This document shows positions 23,387 to 36,133 of a stretch of 64,000 nt of DNA, in pieces. Source of the DNA: Podarcis tiliguerta (Eukaryota). The position numbers and the translations under genes were made by a program. Each line of letters opens with the position of its first letter. Position 1 is the first letter of the stretch. The DNA lies in assembly GCA_965153285.1 (NCBI GenBank), contig OZ229115.1; one strand, 5' to 3'. The notes below the pieces were generated by a model that was not told where the DNA came from, did not search any database, and saw nothing but the letters and a program-made list of their open reading frames with translations.

Positions 23387-26300
23387 GTGAGTAAGCTGCT
23401 GGCCGCCTCCCGATTTAGCCGGTCTCCGTCGGGCCGCTAAGGCCGGGCATACTCTCCCAGGCCCCTGTGGGGCGGCGTGAGAAGGGAGCCTCTCTTGGTA
23501 GGGGGCCGCCCCACGGCTCCTGAGGAGAGGAAGCTGAGGGAACCTTCCGCCCAAAAAGGGCTAGAGGCGACATAACTGAGGGTCGGAGCGCGTTCGCCCA
23601 CAGCACACCTTGGGTCAGTTCCGCCGCCCCCCAACCTTAGGGGCGCGAGTTTCCCTCCTTCCTACTAGGGATCATGAAAGCCTCGGGACCTTGAGAATAG
23701 AGGCAGGCGAGGAGCTTCTCGTCCCGGCTTATCCCTCGCCTTGTTTGTCTGGCTTGTCCTGATGGAGCGGGTTGGGGGGGGAAGAGAGCCCTGCTCCCTT
23801 CATGGCAACCGGGAAGCCTTCCGCGAGGAGTTCCTGGCTTCTCGTTTATAGCGCTTCCCACCCCTCTTAATAGCTCAGGGGGTGAGCGAGAAGACGTGGC
23901 AGCCCCCCGCGCCGCCGCCCCAAACAAACAAGCCAGCAAGCCTTTTCATACCGCTTCTGTTAATTAGTAGATTCCCCTCCCCCATACATCCAGCCCCCCC
24001 CCGCTCCGTAGAGCATATGCATCGCCTTTTCACAGTCCTTGCTTGTTTTTGCAGTTGTGCATTCTTGCAGCCCCTTTCTTTCCTGTCCTGCTGCTTTACA
24101 GGCAGCTCCCATTTGTTCGCAGCCCAAGTTTCTCATACTGGATCTGATGGGAATATTGCTGTCAAGGTGTCCCATTTTGTGCCCGAAGTACCTTCCCTTG
24201 CTCTGGCGTCGTTTGTTGCAGCCTGTTCACTATTTAAATAATTTGAAACGTGCCATAACTGCCGAAATAGAGCGCTTACCAGGAGGCAAGGTTACTTTTA
24301 ATTGTGTGTGTTGTTGCACTCACTTGAGTGATACTCACCTTGGTGATAAAATTCAGGTATTTTTTAGTTCTGTGGATGTGGGTAAGTAGGTCCAGATGAC
24401 TGGTTGCAATGGAGGGACTGCATATCTTGTAACATGAATAACTGATGGGAATTACCTTGATAAGTTTGAATGTTTAGGTATTTTGCATATATGTAAACAA
24501 ATAGTATTTGCATGTACCGAAATAGAAGTATATATAACAGATTATATTTATTAATATATTTAAACAAGGTGAAGTTCCACATGTAAAATGTCCACAAAAC
24601 TTGAATGGTATTGTGGTGTTAGTGCAGATTTTCATATCTGAACCTGCTGCTATTTATTTGTGACTTAAGATGGATGCAAAATTTCAAAGAGCCTGGTAGA
24701 GTGAGTAAGGGAAACATGGAGGTCACACTAAAGGTTATAAGGACAGCAGGTTGATTATTTTTAGCACATAGACATCTAGAAGGATAATATATTTATTATG
24801 TAAAATATCAAAATCTGAATATAGGTGCATGAAAGTGGAGTGCTTATTTGGATTGTACTGAAAACTGTTAGGTTGTCTGAGCTTGGTCCACCATAGATAA
24901 AACTGCTTTTATTGATCAGCAACACATAGATGCACACATGTGGTAGTGAATTAGTGTTTGTTTCTCTGGTGTGGATTTAATATCACATGCCTTATATCAG
25001 TATAATTTAATGGCCAGGATTTACTAAACTAAAAATGTATTTACACTTGATTAAACTTAGTACAGTAGACAAAAAACTTTAGATCTTGATATCTGGTAAA
25101 TGCTGGCACAATTAAGAGGGCTCTTCAATGGCCCAGAGGTCCTTTAAATGTTGCTCAGCTGCACAGAAGCATTTCATTAAAAAAGCAGCTCTCACTTGAC
25201 CAAAATTTAAAGGGCCCCATAGAGATCTGGTTTTTCAAAAGGAACTTTACTTCACTGATAATTGCAGCATGTCTCATGGCATCAAATCTAGGCTTTGGTT
25301 TAGTCTCATGCTTGAAATCTTACTGAAATTTATTTAAAGATTGTGAATGTCTATGCTGTTTCTTTTTTAAAATGCAAAATATTTAATCCTTCCATAATCC
25401 ATGAAGCTCTAAATCTAAGCAAATATAATTTAACATATAACTTATGCAGGCTTTACATTATTTTAATAAATTAATTCTTAGTGCATAAGTAAAGGATGAA
25501 CTATTCAGAGCAGATGCTTTTCAGCATGTATTTTAGCATTTATGTTCTCATTGTTCTTTTACATTTGAAAATGAAAGTGTATAACTAGACCACTGGGTTC
25601 CTTAGATGAAAAATGTAAATGGATGCAGAAATATATGCTGAAGTCAACAGGCAAATTATATGGCTTACTAGAGCAGGATTGCTAACAGCTAAGAATTTTT
25701 ATGCCAACATCTAACTGTTTGGATAAAGTATAACTAACAATATTTATTTTAGAATAATATTTCAAAACAGGCTTACAGGTAAATATTTAGGATTGGAATA
25801 GCAGAAACAGTGATAAAGTATGTATGTATCCCTGTAGTTGTGAATGGTCCTGTGCGAAGGGTTATGGAAGAACTTTAATCTACTTAAGCTGCGGTCTTAA
25901 CACACACCTACAAGGAAATAAACCTAATTAAACATAGTGGGATTTACTTTTAGGTAAATATGCATAGAATTCCTTTGTTAGAGCTGGAAGGTTATAACTT
26001 GACCAATCTGCCTCATTTTAATAAGAGCATAAGAGCCTGCTGGATGTAGTCTAGCACCCTGTCTCATAGTGGTCAACCAGCTGCTCTAATGGAAGCCCAT
26101 AAGCCATGTTAAAATTATCAGTTTATACCACCTTTGTATAAGCAAAGTTATGGATATTAGGGCGCTATACTATACTTTTTTCATGGTGCTGGTATTAAGG
26201 CAGTTTTTAACCCACCAGCCCAAGCCCAAGTTAGTAGTTTGTGGTTTAAAATAAAAATAAACACAGTTTATTTGTTGTAAATATCCTTATCAAGTGGCTT

Positions 26301-29300
26301 GAAGGCAATTTTTACTCACACAGGAGACCAAGCAGCTATTTACAAACCGTATACAAAGGTGTTGAAACAAGTCTCTAGTAATTTTGACTTCGTTTTGCTA
26401 AATGAAACCTGGGAGTAGATGCAAAAGTTTTTGGAGCGTGTGGCCACGAGTGAAATTTTGGAAACTGTTTGAAATGCTCAGTGAACAGTAGTTGCCTAAA
26501 CCTTTTAATTTATGTAAGAAGATGTGAAAGATCGAAGCAAACAGTGTTTCTCTGCCGATGGAAGGCATTTTTTATAGAAGTAGAGGGCCAGCAATTCTTC
26601 CTCCCTGCCTGCTCCCCAAAATTTGCTGAGGTTTTGGGGAACCCCTTGGAGCAAATTTCTGGGGGTTTGCAGGAGGGAATTTATTTCCTTCACCAATGAA
26701 GGAACACCAATTGAATTCTATTCAAAGTAATACAGTATTTAATTTTCTCCATCATTGTGTGTTTAGAAGGACTATAGGTAGCTGTCTTATACAAGTCAGA
26801 CCATTGGTCCACCAAGCTTAGTATTGCTCCTAATGGTGTCTCCAGGTAGGGCTGGAAAAGACTCCTGACTGAAACACTGGAGAGCCAGTTCCTAAAAGCC
26901 AAGCTCTAGCAGCTATGTAGCTTAGGATGCATGTTTAGCTGCTACTGAAGTAGAGTCATAGGGTGTGATTGATTATGATTACATGTATGTTTATTTTAAT
27001 TCACAGTAAGTCTCTCTTCAAGATGACCAATCACAATAAGCATATGAGGAAAATAGTTGAGTCATAAGTACTGTGACCTATTTATTTGTTTAAAGTATTT
27101 ATTTCCTGCCCCTTCATTGTAAAAGCAGTGCTCAGGATATGAAAGAAACAAAACAAAATTGCATATTTTTAAACAAGCAAGATTGGGGAATATCACAGCA
27201 GGGTTGTGGGGTCAGTACAATAAAAGTGTGTGGAGTCAGTACAATAAACACATCTGTCCAACAGGCCAGACTTGCCCCAGAACACAAGTGTCTTCACTAT
27301 GTACTAGACAATTATTTGGGTGAAACAAACCTCCTTTGAGTAAGAACTTTCACAGCTTAGATGTGATCCCAAGAAGGTTGTCTTCCACATTTCAACCAGG
27401 AACCTCTCTTCCACTGGTAGAACATAGAGAAGAATCTCTCCTGGAGATGTTAATGAGGAGAACTGCTCTGATTGGAGGAGGCAGTCCTTTAGATTAAATA
27501 ATAAATCTTTAGATAAAGGTAATTAACAGTAGCTGGAATTGTAAAGAAGTTTGCGCAAGTACGCTTTCCCAACGGAATATATATTGTATGTTTTTGATTA
27601 AACAAAAATAGCTTTTAAGAGCAAGACCCTAATTATATACAGACTTTGCAAGTTCCTGTCAATGGGACTTGCTTACCAGTACTTCAAAGATTCAGTACTG
27701 GTAGGTTAAGCCTATTTTGAATAATGGGAAAATAATGGACTTTTGTAGAAAAAAAGAATGCTTTGCTCTCAAACTCCTTAAAGGCATCTGGCCTCAGAAG
27801 GTCTGGCCTTTGTATTCTGTTTGTAGACATCTTTTTAGTAATAGCTGTGGAAATTGAGCTTCATTAAATGACCCATTTAATTTTTTTAAAACAAAACCTT
27901 CACTGCCTCCATCTAATTAACTAAGAAGTTGAGTGGAAGGTTTGTTTTAGTTCAGTCTGTCAGCTCCTACGGTGAGATTGTACTGCTACTTTACAAATTA
28001 TTTAAAAAAAAAACAGATTAGTTTATGTGCTGTGGAAAACAAAGCATGTATCCAGAAATGTAATAAAAAGCAGTGTGTGTTTTTGTCTTGGTGCAAATGT
28101 TAAGAAAGCTGGTCCATATGTCAGCTTCTTAGTGAGTGTACCTGAGGCAAGTACTCATGCTGCAAATTTTGCATAGTGTGTATGTGGGGGGAGGATAATT
28201 CCTGTCTGGTTCACCTCATACAGTTATCTGTCACATTTGTTTCAGTTGAGAGGAACAGCTGGCCTAGAGGTGCTGTTTTTACTGCAACTGGTACTTATAA
28301 ACTAAAATAGGAGGTCCTATATATTTTTTGTGTTTGCATACTGTTGTGACTTCTTGGATAAGCATTGTTTACTTTTTGTGGTCCATTACTTTCAATTGCT
28401 TTAGTGCAGATCTAGGCCAGTACAAAAGAAGAAGGGTTAAATGCATGTCTCAAGCACAATAGCTTTTGTTTTGTCACTGGAGTGGCAGATGGGAAACCAG
28501 AATCTCTTACATTCCCGCATACATTGACTATGGGGGAGAGGCATTTACCATCAGCTGATGATCTTAAAATTAGACTTCATTTGAGCCTGTGCTTCTTGAG
28601 TGTTCTGTAATAAAAAGCATGTTTATTGTATCAATGCACTTAAAATTTTATACAGATGATTACATTTTGAGCTAATGTATGCTGTAGAATCATCTTCTAA
28701 ATTGACTGAAATTCATATAAAGATATGAAGTAAACCTATGAATTGGTTGTATTTTGCTTTATTGCACAGTATTCAAATACATCAATTTTCTAGATATGTT
28801 AAATGTCTCTTCTGGTATACAGCCTTTTTTTGTTAGAACATCTGTAACTGTCAGAAACCTCTGTGCTGATTCCCCCCCCCCCCATAATATAGCAAACATA
28901 GAAATCCGTAATGTTCCCTGTAAAAGGCAGATCAAAGTGCTGTACAAATCTCCTAATAGCTGTGCCTAGCTATGAATGACACTTCCTCGTTATAAACACT
29001 TTCATATTTTCTGATTTCACTTTGCTGTGTCAAAATTTTGCTTTGAACTCACTCGTAGCTGTGTTCACCTAGCTGGCTGTACGCTGTTTGGTATACAATT
29101 ACTATGTAGGATCAGTAGGATGAAAGCTTGTTTAGATGTTTAGTTGTCTTATGTTTGCAGTACTGTTCGCACCAACATTCTAAAATTCATAAGACTGAAG
29201 TTAATTATTCTGCATCTCCCAGTCCTTACATCACTCCCTGTCCTCCTATTCATTCTGCTATTAAATTGAGAGTGAATATGGCATAATGATTCTTTTGTGT

Positions 29301-29649
29301 TGTTTATCTCTTCACCTTGTTGTCATGGTGCCATCCCCTTTTGCTGGATATTCTGCATCCTTGGTGTACCTTGGCTCATGGGACTATTGGGTCATGAATA
29401 ATCTTCATGAGAAGAAATGTTTTATGTATATGCCTGCTGCACATTGAAACGCCAAAATAAGCCTTTTCCCAGATAGCCTTTTAGTAAAATGTCTACTCAA
29501 CACAAAATATGCATAGTACTCAACTTATCACCACTTTGGCATAACATCCATCACTCATTTTCACTATATAATTGCACTTTGCTCTACTCATGCTTAACTC
29601 TGATCTAATTTCTCTCCACCTCTCCACATTTGGACTCCGTAATTATTGA

Positions 29650-29775
29650 TCATAGAATTGTAGAGTTGGAAGGGATCACGAGGATCATCTAGTCCAACCC
29701 CCTGCAATGCAGGAATGTTGCCCAACATGGGGCTGAAACCCATGACCCTAAGAGTTTCATGCTCTACTTACTGAG
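29650..29775 (-). mobile_element. tRNA/CR1-tail SINE fragment
   Basis: CATAGAATTGTAGAGTTGGAAGGGA...CATCTAGTCCAACCCCCTGC is a reverse CR1-like 3' end, followed by a reverse tRNA-like head. Confidence 0.7.
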
Positions 29776-30094
29776 GAAGAGAGAACAATGTTGCAAGTCT
29801 CTATTGATGATGGAACCAGGAATAGGAAAAAGCAGCACAAAACATGTTGACCAGGGACTGCGTCATAGCATAGGAAAGGTAGAGAGTAGGGCTGGGTTAT
29901 AAATCAGTATATCATCCCAAACTGTTTTTGAATTCACATTGTGATAACTGTTTTGACCTGGCAATATATCACGAGGGAAATTTGGACAAAACAATTGGAA
30001 ACTGATGACTTCCCCATGGGGTGGCTCGGCTGAACCAAGACTTTTCTCTGCAGGAAGGGTAGAATCTCTACTGCTGGGATTAAAATATGTAGAG

Positions 30095-30280
30095 CAGGGG
30101 TAGTCAACCTTTTTATACCTACTGCCCACTAATGCATCTTTCTTGATGGTAAAATTTCCTTGCCGCCCACCAGTGCTCGATGGAAGGAGGATTCAGCTTG
30201 TGCCGTAGAACCCCCTACCACCCACCTAGAATCCTGAAACGCCCACTAGTGGGCGGTAGGGACCAGGTTGACAACCCCTG
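30095..30280. mobile_element. hAT MITE (nested)
   Basis: TIRs CAGGGGTAGTCAACCT...AGGTTGACAACCCCTG. Confidence 0.85.
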
Positions 30281-30281
30281 A

Positions 30282-30337
<56 letters not shown>
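30282..30337. repeat. (AAT)n microsatellite, tail of a minus-strand L2/CR1-type 3' end extending to ~30480
   Basis: About 18 perfect AAT units followed by TTTATTTATATCCTGCCCTCCCC...GGCTCAGAGCGGCTAAC. Confidence 0.85.
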
Positions 30338-30339
<2 letters not shown>

Positions 30340-31269
30340 TTATTTATATCCTGCCCTCCCCAGCCGAAGCCGGGCTCAGAGCGGCTAACATCAAATGTAT
30401 AACATTAACATAAAATCAGACAATCAATTAAAATACATCCTCATATCAGATCAGGATCAGAATAAAATCCAATCAGATGGCAACCAGATCAGATGGAAGG
30501 GGACTTCCCTCTCCCAAATTGCACACACACAAGTTTGGAGAGGGGAAGGCCAAACAGCACACCACCATCTCCCTGCTTTGCTTGCTTGCTTGCTCGCCTC
30601 CCTCCCCAGCGCCACAGTCCCTTCTCCTTGCACTGAGGGAGGCGGCAGACGTGCATCTTTGCCTCAGAGCTGCTCCCCCACTACCACCCCTGACGCTCCC
30701 ATCCCTGCTACCACCTCTTCTCCCATGCCCTCAGTTCTGTGGTCAGCTTTCCCACAATGTGGGAAAAACCGTGAAGCTAGTCAATGCTTCTCAATTCCTG
30801 TTACTCGTCTTCTGCATGTGCGTGTGTGTGCACGCATTCATGTGTTTGTCTGTCTCCCTGTGCTAAGAATCTGAATATAGGGGTGGGAGTTCCCCCTCCA
30901 GGGTCTGTCTCTTCTGCTTTCCTTCTCTATTCCACCCCATCCAGAAACTGACACGAGGTTTGCCTAGTTCTTCCTCCCCACCTCTCTCTGTCTGGGTAGC
31001 AGTTGCCAGGACATTACCCCATTTGCTTCTACATGGTTCCATCCTTATTTCAGGCATCGTTATATATCTGTATATCACAGTATGTAGCTGGTATATCACA
31101 ATGTTCAAAACCAGATATCGTCCAGCCCTAGGGAAAGAACAGTGTGTAGGAATGAAGTGATTAGGACCCATTCCCATTGGCATAATTTTGAGGATTATTG
31201 TAGTCAGTGAATACACACAATGGTTCTGTGGTGTTGAAAATGTATTTTAATGTAGTGTGATGGGCACAT

Positions 31270-31520
31270 ACCCACAGCCTTGTGGTACATCTTCAGGAGA
31301 AGAAAAGACTAAGGAGTAAACCCTACACCTATCTGGAATGGAGTCTGTAAGATGACTGAATAATGTTTTGTATACCTCCTTCTGGCAACTCCTGCAGCCA
31401 AGCTGGTACCAAACATATTGCTCTGCTTTCCTTAGCAAGGCTGAGAGGGGGTCTTGTTGTCTGGGCAGCCTAGGACCTGCCCAGACTTTTGCCCCGGAGA
31501 AGTCACTTGGGTCTGCCATT
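31270..31520 (+). mobile_element. RTE-related non-autonomous element fragment
   Basis: GGTACATCTTCAGGAGAAGAAAAG...CTGGCAACTCCTGCAGCCAAGCTGG...TCTGGGCAGCC resembles a common lizard repeat; family assignment from memory. Confidence 0.5.
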
Positions 31521-31733
31521 TTTAAAATTTCTGCAGGCATCAAAGTATGCCAGTCAAATTGATAGTCCTGTTCTGTATGATTATTTTCCATTACACATTT
31601 GTATTTATTTGGTTTTGGTATTTAATTTCTCATGTCACTCTATTAATTTGAGTCAGAGAGGAGGGAAGGTACACTAACCAGAGGGACAGTTACCCGGTGG
31701 CTTAGTTGAATGCTTCTGTGGAAAGATGTACAC

Positions 31734-31915
31734 CAGGGGTGTCCAAAAGACTGCAATCTACTTCCACTATAAAGAAACTGGCAGTGATCTACCCATTGGA
31801 TTTGACCAGAGCTGTTGAGCTTTTTTGCGGGGGAGAGATCAGAGTAGTTGAGCTTTTTTTAGGGAGAGAGGTCAGATCGACCGGTAGATCGCGATCAACC
31901 AGTTGGACAGGCCTG
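31734..31915. mobile_element. hAT MITE with intact TSD
   Basis: TIRs CAGGGGTGTCCAA...TTGGACAGGCCTG; 8-bp TSD ATGTACAC at 31726-31733 and 31916-31923. Confidence 0.92.
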
Positions 31916-32763
31916 ATGTACACAATCTAGGAACAAGGATACATTGAAGAGCTCAAGTTGCAGCCCTCATGTTTTGCCATCTTCTGCGTACTTTTGGCAA
32001 AAACTTATTCCTGGTTATTTCCTTAAGACTATTTCGTCCATACTTTGGTGTTAGTCTCCAGCCAATCTGGTAAAAAGTTAATCCTATCACAGAAAACTTG
32101 GTTTATTATAATAAGAAAGTCATGTTTCCTAATGAAAGTGAGAACCACTATAGATTAGGTGCCCAAATCTTTTATTACCTGAGATGAATAAGTACAAATT
32201 TCTGTTGTAGGCATAAGCAAGTGTTACCAGTTAAGCTAGTGAGAAAATGGCAAGTCTTTTCAAGTTTGTATCTAGCAACTTATTGTGATGCCTTTGTAGT
32301 CTTAGGGCTTGTTTACTCTTCTAAAGTTGCTTTTGACTGTGTTTCGGGACGCACATTTACACAAGGATGCATGGCCTCATAAAGAGACTAGATGCAGTTC
32401 AGGATAATAAACTAGTTTAAGCCCATCTTACCTCCTGCCTCTTCATGAGATCAGATGTGTGCTGTCTACACCTTATTTGGGAAAGGAAAGTTGATAGTTC
32501 ATCTGTGTAACTGCTGTGGAGATTTGGGAGCATGTGTTGGAGACAAGGAATAATTGGTATCTTTTTGGTGGGGGGCTTTCTTTGGTGGCCACTTAAATGT
32601 AGTGGAGCGAAGGTTATGTTATCAAATTGTTTTTAATAGGTTTCAGAGGGGGGAAATCTTACCCTAACTTGGCTTTCAAGATGAGGCAGGCTGAAAATAG
32701 CTAAACTACATACAACTAATAGCAGCTTTAGGAATTCTAATGTGGTGTTTGTTTCATTTTTAG

Positions 32764-32859
32764 GATCAAGCAGAATATACAGATTCAATTCAACTAGCTG
32801 ATTGGGCAGTGTATATCATGGATAGACATTGGTTCATTCGTTTCTTTATGCATGTGTAG
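32764..32859 (+). CDS. Candidate uORF/microprotein in ZFYVE9 leader, part 2 (DQAEYTDSIQLADWAVYIMDRHWFIRFFMHV*)
   Basis: Open for 31 codons in the frame entering from exon 1; TAG at 32857-32859; internal in-frame ATG at 32818 in strong context atcATGG. Confidence 0.6.
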   Translation, partial: DQAEYTDSIQLADWAVYIMDRHWFIRFFMHV

Positions 32860-32868
32860 GAGAAAAAG
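32764..32868 (+). other. ZFYVE9: ZFYVE9 leader exon 2 (105 nt)
   Basis: ttcatttttag|GATCAAGCAG...GAAAAAG|gtaaga; resembles the human ZFYVE9 5' UTR exon as recalled. Confidence 0.8.
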
Positions 32869-34686
32869 GTAAGAGGATGGCAAATGACAGTATACATCTG
32901 GAATATTTGAATTAAGAGAGCGCCTTTAAATTTGCATCCTTGGTATGCTTCTTATATTGCAGTCCTAAACAGATCAGAAATTTATTTATTTATTGAGCTT
33001 CTGGCCTGCTGTTCCTTCTAGGGCAACAAACAACCAAGCAGGAAAACATATTTTCAGCCCAGAGCCTTCCACAATAAGAGTTATGAATCAGTCTAATTTC
33101 TAGTAATGTTTCTAGGGTGTTTTGTTTAAAGCAAGGACAAGGAAGCTGTGGCCCTCAATATATTATTACTTTTATAATTGCTGGCCACAATAGTGTTCTG
33201 CAATAGAATCATGCATTTTTAAATTTAAAGTTTAGAGTTTCCTGTTTGTAAGAAAATTATTATGGGTGGCGACCGTTTTGGGCGTGATTGCTGATGTGCT
33301 GGTCCTTATGAACACAGAAGAAGGTGGAGGGGTGGTGCACTTATATGTGCTATGCCGACATACACAGGTTAGAAGTGGATCACCCACATGAAATGGTTGC
33401 CATCTGTACTGTAAATTTAACAACTTTTAGCTGTGCTTTTGCAGTAAATGGGTGCTGTGAATATTACATACTTACTAATTGGATTGTGAACTGAAGTGTA
33501 TTTAAGGCCATGTTTGCCTGCTTTTTCTTTAGACTTCTGGTTTTTTCCTTGAAACCTAGCTGTGGAATCAGGCACTGTCACTAAGTTCTTGATTTAATGT
33601 ATTTTGGTTGCCTTCTCCAGCACAAATGTTTGCAGGATAGATTTGGGAGAAAGTTTTAGAAAGGTGCACATAACAAGCTAGCTTTTTTGTTTCACTTATG
33701 AGGTTACATACGATATATTGAATGACTGGGTTGTCTGGTTCATTGTCTGCACGCAAGGCCTCCTATTTTGCATACCAGCACAGACTTCTTCAATGTTTAT
33801 TTGGAAGGGGGCATTAAAAATTGCAGGCTTTGCTTCTGGTTAAAGAATTGGTTGATCCCTTGACTGTGTGGAGGAACAGGTCAGTTGTGTGTACTACACT
33901 TTATCGTTACAGTGTTAATTTTAAAATTCTGTGTTCAGATTTCCTTCCCTATATAATAAACACTGTTGTAAGATATTCAAATCTCTCTTTTAATTTCTGT
34001 AAGGTCCTAGATCTTGAATAAGTCATATCAGTCACATTGCATTTAAGACTTTAGTGTGAAATAGTATTACTTCCTTGACTAATATGTTGGCTTGTTTTGA
34101 GTTGTTGTTGTTCCAGTCCACCAGGATTATGTGGTTGGCAAAGCTTAGGCTAAATGCTGTATCCTGTCATGCATTAATCTAGGTTAGATATTGTAGATGC
34201 TGCAGATTCAAGAATGCAAAGCACAATAGACAAAATATTATTGAATTAACAGGAGTCATCTTTTAAAATGTCCATTATATAATTTATTTGACTGAAATGG
34301 TCAAGAGCCCATACTACAGTAAAGCTCACTAGATAGCTTTGGACAAGTCAGTGATTTTTCAGTATAGCTTTGTTTCCTGTGGGGTTGTTAAATGTTCTAT
34401 GGAAAAGAAAGGAATATATATTTGTATAAAGTGAAGATTTCTGAACTGTCACATCTACTCCTCTTTGCAATTATTGTTTCACCTCATCCATTCAAAACTT
34501 TTTTATGTAGAGATGGTTTATAAAGTTACTTGGCCATTGAGGAGTTACCAAGATGATATTTTTATTAGGTAACATCTCCCAATGCGTCCTTGTAGTTCAA
34601 ATCTGTTATACGGATGAGAAATTTCTGGTAGCATTCTTGGGTCAAGCATTGATAATGAGTTGTGTGTATGGTCGGAAGACTGATTA

Positions 34687-34855
34687 CCATATTTTTCCGT
34701 TTATAAGATGCCCCCATGTATAAGACGCCCCTATTTTTGGGGACTCCAAATTAAGAAAACACCCCTCAGCATTACCCATGTATAAGACGAGCCCCAATTT
34801 TAAACCTAATTTTTTGGTTTAAAAACCCCTAGTCTTATACATGGAAAAAATATGA
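34687..34855. mobile_element. Mariner-type MITE
   Basis: Imperfect TIRs CCATATTTTTCCGTTTATAAGA...TCTTATACATGGAAAAAATATGA, TA flanks, internal TATAAGAC repeats. Confidence 0.75.
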
Positions 34856-35034
34856 TAATTTTTCCTGATTTGATACTTTAGTCACTACTTATTGAAATCC
34901 TGCTGATTTCTGTCTGAGTTAGTAACTGGATGCAACCCTGAGCCTGAGTGCCCAGGTTTCTGCAGTGGCCAGGAGTGCATCTGCATAGCTAAAGCCAGTG
35001 TGCTAGCTGTGCCTATTCCTGGAGATGTCTGATC

Positions 35035-35460
35035 TGCCCACAGTGACACACACCTTAGTTACATCCCATTTGAATTACTGTAACTTGCTTTACATGGGTC
35101 TGCCTTTGAAAAGTGCTAGAAAACTTTTAAAGGGCCCAAGGAGCTCCACTGGCTACTGGTCTGTATCCGGTCACAATTCAAAGTGCTGGTTGTGACCTAT
35201 AAAAACTTAAACTGCTTAGGCCTAGGCTATCTGAAGGCCCAGGGTATTTTCCCATACAAACCTGTTTGGGCTCTTGAGATGTTCAAGGTGGCCCTTCTCT
35301 CATTCCTGCCACGCTCACAGGCACCTTTTGTGGGAACGCGGGAGAGGCTGCTCCCAGACTTCCTGGTGAACCTAGACTGAACTCTGTCCTTGTGGTCCTT
35401 CCTCTGGCAGGTGAAGATTGTTTTATTCCAGCAGGCCTTTGGGAGCTGATTGCTTTTAAG
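35035..35460 (+). mobile_element. Old L2 LINE fragment
   Basis: Degenerate VTHTLVTSHLNYCNLLYMGLPLKSARKL...LHWL...QFKVLVVTYKNLNCLGLGYLK. Confidence 0.8.
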
Positions 35461-36133
35461 GAAAGGGTTTTTAATAGTGTTATGCTGTTTTTACCGTCTG
35501 TATTTTAATAGATTTATTTTTTACATTGTTTTAATTCCATTGTTGTTTAATTACTTTTCAACTATTATTGATTATAACTTTTTAGCTTTCTGTGTTTTAG
35601 CTGTGTTTCTCCAATCTGGACAAATCTAGTTTTTATTCTTTTGTTTATTTATTCCCCACATTTCCCCCAGAACCGGGGCTCAAGGCAGCTTACAAAAATT
35701 AAAACAACGCTAGGCGATGCAGAAGGTGGGGTCTAGATTAGGACTGATGCCATCATGTGATGGCACTGGGGCTCACTGAAGATCCAGTAGTCCTGAGCCC
35801 GCTTAGTGCCCTTCCCCCTCTCCTACTAGAGCACACACACCTGGTCTGGTGGGTAGAATGGGGGAGCTCTGCTTTGGTAGAAGGAGTAGATACTAATGGA
35901 GGCTGGCAGTGTTAGGCAGTAAATTGGTTTCAGTAGTTGATACATATTAATTTTGTTTCAAAGTTATTAATAATTGCCATTGTGAAGCTCACTGAATGTG
36001 TTCATTTAGGAAGTCCTGCAATGTTTCATATTTTACATAGGATCTTAGTTTTAGTGGATACATAAAAGAATAGATTGGTACATTTTCTATCATCATGCCA
36101 GTCATCCTGCTGTCATTTAACCAAATTTATATA

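Larger units (their letters stand above)
22700..24010. promoter_or_regulatory. ZFYVE9 promoter CpG island
   Basis: Strongly GC/CpG-rich; NRF1-like (GC)n run CTGCGCGCGCGCGCAG at ~22735-22750; CTCF-like CAGCCAGGGGGCGCTG at 23147-23162. Confidence 0.85.
29887..31130. mobile_element. Old hAT-like element with nested insertions
   Basis: Imperfect TIRs TAGGGCTGGGTTATA...ATATCGTCCAGCCCTA; no clean TSD. Confidence 0.6.

Noticed and set aside
22697-24241. Multiple ORFs on both strands in the ZFYVE9 CpG island
   Set aside because: Same GC-composition artefact; only the spliced uORF from 23342 has supporting structure.
24368-24387. Possible 14-nt micro-exon (tttttag|TTCTGTGGATGTGG|gtaagt) in ZFYVE9 intron 1
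   Set aside because: Splice-like motifs only; no independent support, and such pairs occur by chance.
27204-27250. Short direct repeats (24-bp pair here; 13-16 bp pairs near 7695, 49097, 50405) as an array system
   Set aside because: Two-copy local slippage duplications with unrelated sequences; not CRISPR-like or a repeat family.
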